Origin: Octopus bimaculoides
Lineage: Eukaryota
Assembly: GCF_001194135.2 (NCBI RefSeq)
Contig: NC_068981.1
Span: forward strand, 41,567,516-41,622,571
Length of the DNA: 55,056 nucleotides
Reading direction: 5' to 3'
Below, in pieces: positions 48,590 to 55,056 of the stretch. The notes beneath the pieces are model-generated. The model was not told the origin of the DNA. It searched no databases and saw only the letters and a list, made by a program, of their open reading frames with translations. Made by a program: the position numbers and the translations under genes. Numbering within the stretch: position 1 is the first letter of the stretch; every line of letters begins with the position of its first letter.

Positions 48590-48990
48590 CCTTTCTACTA
48601 CAGACATAAGGCCTGAAATTTGGTGGAAGAGAACTAGTCGATTACATCAACCACAGTGTTTCACTAGTACTTATTTTATCAACCATGAATGGATAAAAAG
48701 CAAAGTCAACCTTTACAGAATTTGAACTCAGAAAATAAAGACGGATGAAGTACCCATAAGAATTTTGTTCAATGTGCTAACAATTCTTTTTTACTCTAGG
48801 TACAAGGCCCAAAAATTTTGGGGAGGGGGCCAGTCTACTAGATCAGCCCCCAGTATGCAACTGGTACTTAATTTATTGACCCCAAAAGGATGAAAAGCAA
48901 TGTCAATCTTGGCAGAATTTGAACTCAGACAGACATAATACCGCTAAGCATTCCACCTGGCATGCTAACAATTCTGCCAGCTCACTGCCT
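48590..48990 (-). mobile_element. Two tandem SINE family A copies
   Basis: The core (gtacttattt.attgacccc..aggatgaaaagcaa.gtcaa..ttggcagaatttgaactcag) occurs twice, near 48660-48730 and 48860-48930. Confidence 0.8.
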
Positions 48991-49180
48991 TAAAGTGATT
49001 GTAAAATGAAATGACATAGAAGTTGAAAGCCAATGAATAATACGTTGTTTAGCTTTAGGTCAGTCCTGATCAAGGACATCTTTGATTAAAGACATTCTAG
49101 CTGTGACCAGCCCATCTTTACTTTACATGCATGGAACCTAGGTATATATATATACACACACAAACATTTATACATAATAT

Positions 49181-49565
49181 ACTCTTTTACTTGTTCCAGT
49201 CATTTGACTGCGGCCATGCTGGAGCACCGCATTTAGTCGAGCTAATTGACCCCAGGACTTATATTTTGTAAGCCTAGTACTTATTCTATCGATCTCTTTT
49301 TGCCGAACCGTTAAGTTACGGGGACGTAAACACACCAGCATCGGTTGTCAAGCGATGGTGGGGGGACAAACACAGACACACAAACACACATACATATATA
49401 TACATATATACGACAGGCTTCTTTTCAGTTTCCGTCTACCAAATCCACTCACAAGGCTTTGGTCGGCCCGAGGCTATAATAGAAGACACTTGCCCAAGGT
49501 GCCACGCAGTGGGACTGAACCCAGAACCATGTGGTTTGTAAGCAAGCTACTTGCCACACAGCCAC
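49181..49565 (-). mobile_element. SINE family B, near full length (tRNA-like head, CORE-like segment)
   Basis: Minus strand GTGGCTGTGTGG (A-box-like), GGTTCAGTCCC (B-box-like), then CACCTTGGGCAAGTGTC. Fragments also at about 21700-21820, 29270-29320, 30055-30120, 38650-38700 and 52890-52940. Confidence 0.85.
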
Positions 49566-52321
49566 ATAGATAATCTTAACAAATGAAAAACATCTTTATA
49601 CCATCAGCATACAAAATTACATTTTGAAAATGATTAAGATCTTCAAATTCATGAATTCTTTATTAGTAATTTGAATTATTTACAGTGTTTGCTTTTTAAA
49701 TTCTAAACATAAATATAAAAATATCTTTGGTCACAGAATTCAGAATACATGTACATTATATAAATATATATATTATATAAATTCATTTTCTCATCAAAGA
49801 TAGAGGGTAACTTTACAAGGTATCTGAGAACTAAATGAAAGTTCATTTTGGAAACAAACGTATCTACAGAATTGTTTTCCTTGTGTATTCATGCTTTAAG
49901 GATAAATCTTTTAAAATGGCACACAAGAAAAGGAATATTTGACTACTGAAGAATTAAAAACCCATTAAGAATTTTGGATTTCAGAATTTCACATTATTGT
50001 TTCTATTTCTCTATCACACTCTTACCTTTCATCATCTGACATCAGATCACCTCCTCCAATTCCCCTTCCATTATAGCAAGACACCTATTTCTGCCTCTCT
50101 GTCTTTGTCACACTCTGACCTTTCATCCTCTGACACAGTGCCTGTTATTGTAGTAATGATATATAACAGAAGCAGTGAGCAAAGGTTAGAGAAAGTCAAT
50201 AAGAGGTTAACTGAATTCATCAAAGAAACCAGTAACAAGCAGAAATTATCATCAGACCAGAGTATATTTACTTTGCAAAAGAGCCAATGTTTTCTTGAAG
50301 CCAGCTTGATCATATTGAATAATAGCATTAAAACCAGAATTTGAGAAAACTGATGGTCTGCATTGGCAACAGTTAATACACAAAGGAGTCTGATAAGCTC
50401 AGCTGCCATGAGGAGTGAAGATTCTAACATACAGGCCCTTGCCCTTTTTCTATGAAGCAACAGGCAAAGAAAAAGTGTTTGTTGCTCACAGTAATTGAGC
50501 TGATCAAACTCACATATTGAATTATTCATGATATTCTAAAAACCATTACAGAATACTTTCAACCTCTGTAAAGTAATTCAACTGAAAATGGTGGTATTTT
50601 GTAGTTTTAAGACATAAGCTGATTCTTATACCAGTATACAACGTATGTTAGTTTAATGGAAGACATTTGAATTTGATGATAAAAATAATAGAGTCAGAAT
50701 TGTTGATTAATCAATCAATAAGATTACTACAAAACAAAAACAATACCTATGTATTTACCAATAAGGTGAACAAACTTAACTCCTATGATCTAGCAGACAA
50801 CAAAGAATCCATTTGTAGCTAAAGGTTTCCTTGAAGATCTTTTCAAACCATATTCAAGTCTAAATTATTGGCACCAGTATTAACATTATTTCTGATTAAT
50901 ACAATATTGACAAAGGTAGATAGTAAACTAATCCAAGAAATACAGCTCTCCATGCTTAATGTCTGATATACCTCTGTTATCTAAACTTTGTTGCATATTA
51001 AGTCAGCAACACCACAGTGACAAAAGCTCATGAAAATAAAAAAATTAAGTATATGATGTATGCAGTGAAAATGAAAGATGAACAATGAAAGACAAAGGTT
51101 ACTGGTTCATAGAATAAGATTATTTCAATATGATCTAATGGATATAGAATCTAAATCCTATAATCAGATCATACGGTAGAAAGCAGCTCACAATTAGAAA
51201 CATTGGATTCACTAGAGCAAACAGTGTATGATGTAGCTTTGACATACAGATAATGTTTGATGGTAACTAAAGAAGGCTTCAATTCACATAATATCACCAA
51301 CAGAAGTATAGAGAACTGAAGAAATATGATGATACAAACTTATCTAATCCATGCCAGCATGGAAAAAATAAACATGTAATTGTATGATGTCTATTAGAAT
51401 TGAAAATTTGTAGAATACATGTGTGGTTTTTCACTTTTGTGCAAACAAAATACTCTTCAGACATTTTCCCCTTCAACATTGCACAAGGGAGGGTGTGGTG
51501 AGATAAGGAAACAATTTTTCACTGACTTAAAGAGAGAAGAGCTATAGATGACTGTGTATTCATCAAAGGTTATTTGCCATATGACATATCACATAGGCAG
51601 TGGGGGCATGATCATTTCATAATTATTATTGTGTGTCAGTGTGTACATATATGTATACGAGAGAGAATGTAAATCACATATGCATATGTAATATATATAC
51701 ACTCGGAATTATACATGTTATTCCAGTGAAAAGGTCCTTCCCAAGCCATAGGCTCAAGGTTGGTTTTTCGTATTCTGTAACATATATATATTCCCCCACT
51801 GGATGGGACACTGATCCATCACAGGATTACTCATTTTTGCCAGCTGTGTGGACTGGAGCAACATGTAATGAACGATTTTGCTCAAGCCTCCTAGTCCTGG
51901 AATCAAAACCACAATCTTACAATCATGAATGCAACACCCTAACTACTAAGCCACACATTTCCATATTGAATGTCTTTTCTAATGCTGAATATGAATTAGG
52001 CTATATTTTTGCCTATAATGCAATAGTTTTAAGATTTTGTTTCACTGTTACAATTACACAGCCATTTTGAGATGGTGGACTGTTTGGACAAATTCAGAAA
52101 TATATTAATAAAGAAAGGATCTCAATTGATCCTTAAAATGAGTTATTCACTGTTGTTGTTAAATATTGTCTCTAAACGTTGGATATTTTACTTCTGATGA
52201 TGAAATAAACAACAGTTATGGGATAATGCAATGGTGAACGATGTTATTCATTACCGAGGAGGATAAAAAAAAATACAAGAGTGAAAATCAAAACAATACA
52301 ATACAAAAGATGTTTGGTCAG

Positions 52322-52468
52322 TTATAAAGTGAGGGTTAGATGTCTGGTGTCTGAGTCATAAACAGACAAATCTTCCAGGTTAGCAGAGTTGTCTTGGTTT
52401 CTCTGCTGAAGGTTCTTCATATAATTTATAGCATGCATATGTTCTTTCACTTCTTCTTCAAGCCAAAC
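52322..52468 (-). CDS. Terminal coding exon of an unidentified gene continuing beyond the window end
   Basis: Acceptor ttttttttgacag|; VWLEEEVKEHMHAINYMKNLQQRNQDNSANLEDLSVYDSDTRHLTLTL*; protein-like composition, homology not recognised. Confidence 0.6.
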   Translation of the reverse strand, partial: VWLEEEVKEHMHAINYMKNLQQRNQDNSANLEDLSVYDSDTRHLTLTL

Positions 52469-53284
52469 CTGTCAAAAAAAGTAAAAACAAGTATTTAATG
52501 AATATTCTTATGCATTGTATATGCATGTTTTATTCATTGTCACGGATAGGAGTTTAATAATATAGATTATTAAATTCTTCATGATTTGCATCTTGCAAAC
52601 CACTTTCAATTTTTAAACCTAGATTCATTATCATCATTTTAATGCCCACTTTTCCGTGCTTGTATGGGTCAGACAGAGTTTATTGAGGCAGATTTTTTAT
52701 GGACATATGCCCTTCCTGGCATCAATCCATACCTATTTTCAAGTAAGGTAATATTTCCTCATGGACAAACAGATTTTTACACAATATTAGAAATGAATGA
52801 CATTCATTTACAACAATCATGTAATATCAAGACAAGGAGACACAAATATATTCACACTCACAAACATTCCCAAGACCCTACACAACAGATTGAAACCCAA
52901 AACCATGTGGTTGGGAAGCAAACTTCTTAACCAGACACCCATGTCTGTTGGCCTTTTATTTTTCACTTACATTATTAATGATTTGAGAAAAGCATGAATA
53001 TCACACAATCGCATTTACCTTAACAATAACTTTAAACCCTTGTGACTAAGTAAGATGGCAATTTGGCTTATGTTCTAAGCTACTCACAATATTTGTTGTT
53101 CTATTTTATTGCAAAAGTAGAAGTAAAAAAACCTCAACAGCTTTACTGGAATATATTGATAAAAGCATAATAAAAGTATATTTGGCATGGTTACATTCAT
53201 AACAATAATCACTGGTAACATTTCTAAAACAGACATGAGGTCATATATAACCATAAATAATAGTAATGATTATGATGATGATTT

Positions 53285-53470
53285 CAAATTTTGGCACAAG
53301 GCCAGTAATTTCAGGAAATGAGGTAAGTCAATTACATCGATCCTAGTGCTCAACTGGTACTTATCAACTCTGAAAGGATGAAAGACAAAGTCGATCCCAG
53401 TGGTAGTCGAACTCAGAAATGCCACCTAACATTTTCCTCAGCATGCTAACAATTCTACTGGACCACCATC
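53285..53470 (-). mobile_element. SINE family A copy
   Basis: tttggcacaaggccagtaattt...gaaaggatgaaagacaaagtcgatcc...gaactcagaa. Confidence 0.8.
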
Positions 53471-54104
53471 TTTAATAATAATAATGATGATGATAATGGA
53501 GAGTGTCTGTCATCCCAGTAGTTGTAGGGGCACTTGGAGCACTAACAACCAAGTTCGAGAAATCGGAATTGACATGAGAGCAGAGGAAGCCCCAAAAACT
53601 ACTCTGCTGGAGACAGCTAGGATTTGAGATTGGTCCTTGCTGAATGTCTTCCACAATAATTAACAACCAGTTATCAAAGCTTATGTGCAGAAAGAGGTCC
53701 TGTAAGACATCTAACAGCCTCTTTTACTTTTCACTTACTAAGTGCTTTGAGAAGTAAAACAACAATAACAATAATAATAATAATAATGGACTCTCCTGTT
53801 GAAGATGATATATGAGTGTTCAACTTTTGCCAAATGACCTGCACGAATGATTTGTTTAAAGAGATCAAATGCCATGCTGTACATTACTTCACTCCCTCCA
53901 TCAAGTCAATACTGCCCGAACAGGTGCATGATGTATCATGAGTCAGATGTTAAAGTGATCCCAGAGCAATGGAAGATGAAGTGCTTTGCTCAAGAACACA
54001 ATGCACCACCCAGACTAGGAATTGAAACCATGATCTCACAATCATGAAGGCAACATCCTAACCACTATTATTATCATCACATAATGATGATAATAATAGT
54101 AATC

Positions 54105-54318
54105 CTTTCTACTATAGCCACAAACCCTGAAATTTGGGAGAGGAGGATAGTCAATTACATCAACCCCAGTGCGTAACTGGTACTTATCTTATTGACCCTG
54201 AAAGGATAAAAGGCAAAAATCAACCCTGGCAGAATTTGAACTCAGAATGTAAAAACAGACAAAATACCACTAAGTATTTCACCCAGCATGCTAACGATTC
54301 TGCCAGCTTATTGCCTTA
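54105..54318 (-). mobile_element. SINE family A copy
   Basis: actggtacttatcttattgaccctgaaagg...gaatttgaactcagaa...gctaacgattctgccagc. Confidence 0.82.
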
Positions 54319-54328
54319 ATAATAATAA

Positions 54329-55030
54329 TCTCTATATATAAAAGTGAAATGGCCAAAAGTTGTATGTTTGCATGTCTCATTTAGTGGTTATGCAGGGTTC
54401 AATAGCAGTAGGTGTGGTCAGATTGCGGCAAAAATTTACAGAGATATGTAAAATGAAGCGAGGAAGCTGTGGTTACTAGGGCAACAAAACCCATTTTTGA
54501 TCGATTCTGCAAGCTGTGGAGGTCGTGTTTTGTGGGCGATTTTAATAAGAAGTACACTTGCATAATCTACAGGCTCTTCTGTTTAATAGTTCGTCAGTTT
54601 TTTTCGGAAATTGTTATTTGAAAGAAAAGATTTTATGAAGTGAAAAAAGTTACATTTTTAGTCATTTTATCGTTTGATTTTTTGCTGCTTGCATCTTTGA
54701 TTTGTTCTGCAGAAAAATTATACCACCCTCTAGGATTTGATGAGAAATATTTTTTGGGTTTTGATTTGTTCAAAAATTCTGCTGATAAGTACAAAAATAA
54801 TCAAGTTTATGGTTATCTTTCATTTTATTTTCTCAATTTAGTGGCACAAGACAATAGGCGTGATTTATTCGCGTTTCACCAAGAAGGCTTATTGATGTTT
54901 TATCCAATTGCAGACTTGTCTTTTTTCAATTAATTTTTTTGTAAACTTCCCATTATTTTTAAAGACTTTTCATTTTTTTTAAATGTGGCAGTTCAAGATA
55001 GACCTAAATGAAATCGGGTCAAGAAGCTAA
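54329..55030 (+). mobile_element. Non-autonomous Helitron-like element inserted in an (AAT)n tract
   Basis: A|TCTCTATATATAAAAG start, ...CTAA|T end (CTRR), weak hairpin GACC...GGTC at 55001-55020, A/T insertion site, no TSD. Confidence 0.5.
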
Positions 55031-55056
55031 TAATAATAATAATAATGAATTGAGTC

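Noticed and set aside
54640-54933. 97-aa hydrophobic ORF with GTG start
   Set aside because: T-rich composition inside a putative Helitron-like element; no splice or homology support.

Overview
AT-rich, microsatellite- and SINE-rich eukaryotic genomic DNA with six N-gaps. The SINE families and composition suggest an octopus or other coleoid cephalopod (inference from memory of these repeats, not a database hit). Supported genes: (1) a complete 5-coding-exon ARL6IP4/SR-25 orthologue on + (22917-31029, 259 aa, all splice phases consistent); (2) an isolated first coding exon resembling the RPAP1 N-terminus (35828-36126), followed by a 100-N gap and no recognisable downstream exons; (3) a predicted two-exon, 133-aa stand-alone death-domain protein on + (37877-37898 joined to 47802-48181), missed by the ORF track as a whole gene and the most interesting item here; (4) the last exon of an unidentified minus-strand gene (52322-52468). 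The rest is layered mobile DNA: a full-length dead mariner, maT/Tc1-mariner, RTE, CR1-like and CRE-like LINE fragments, a decayed DUF4806/EnSpm-like element, several MITEs (one with an 8-bp and one with a 5-bp target-site duplication, TSD), Helitron/Helentron-like elements and three SINE families. A degenerate hammerhead-ribozyme-like motif lies in ARL6IP4 intron 3, and several near-perfect hairpins occur. No rRNA, true tRNA gene or CRISPR array is seen. Repeat boundaries are approximate unless a TSD or splice site is quoted.
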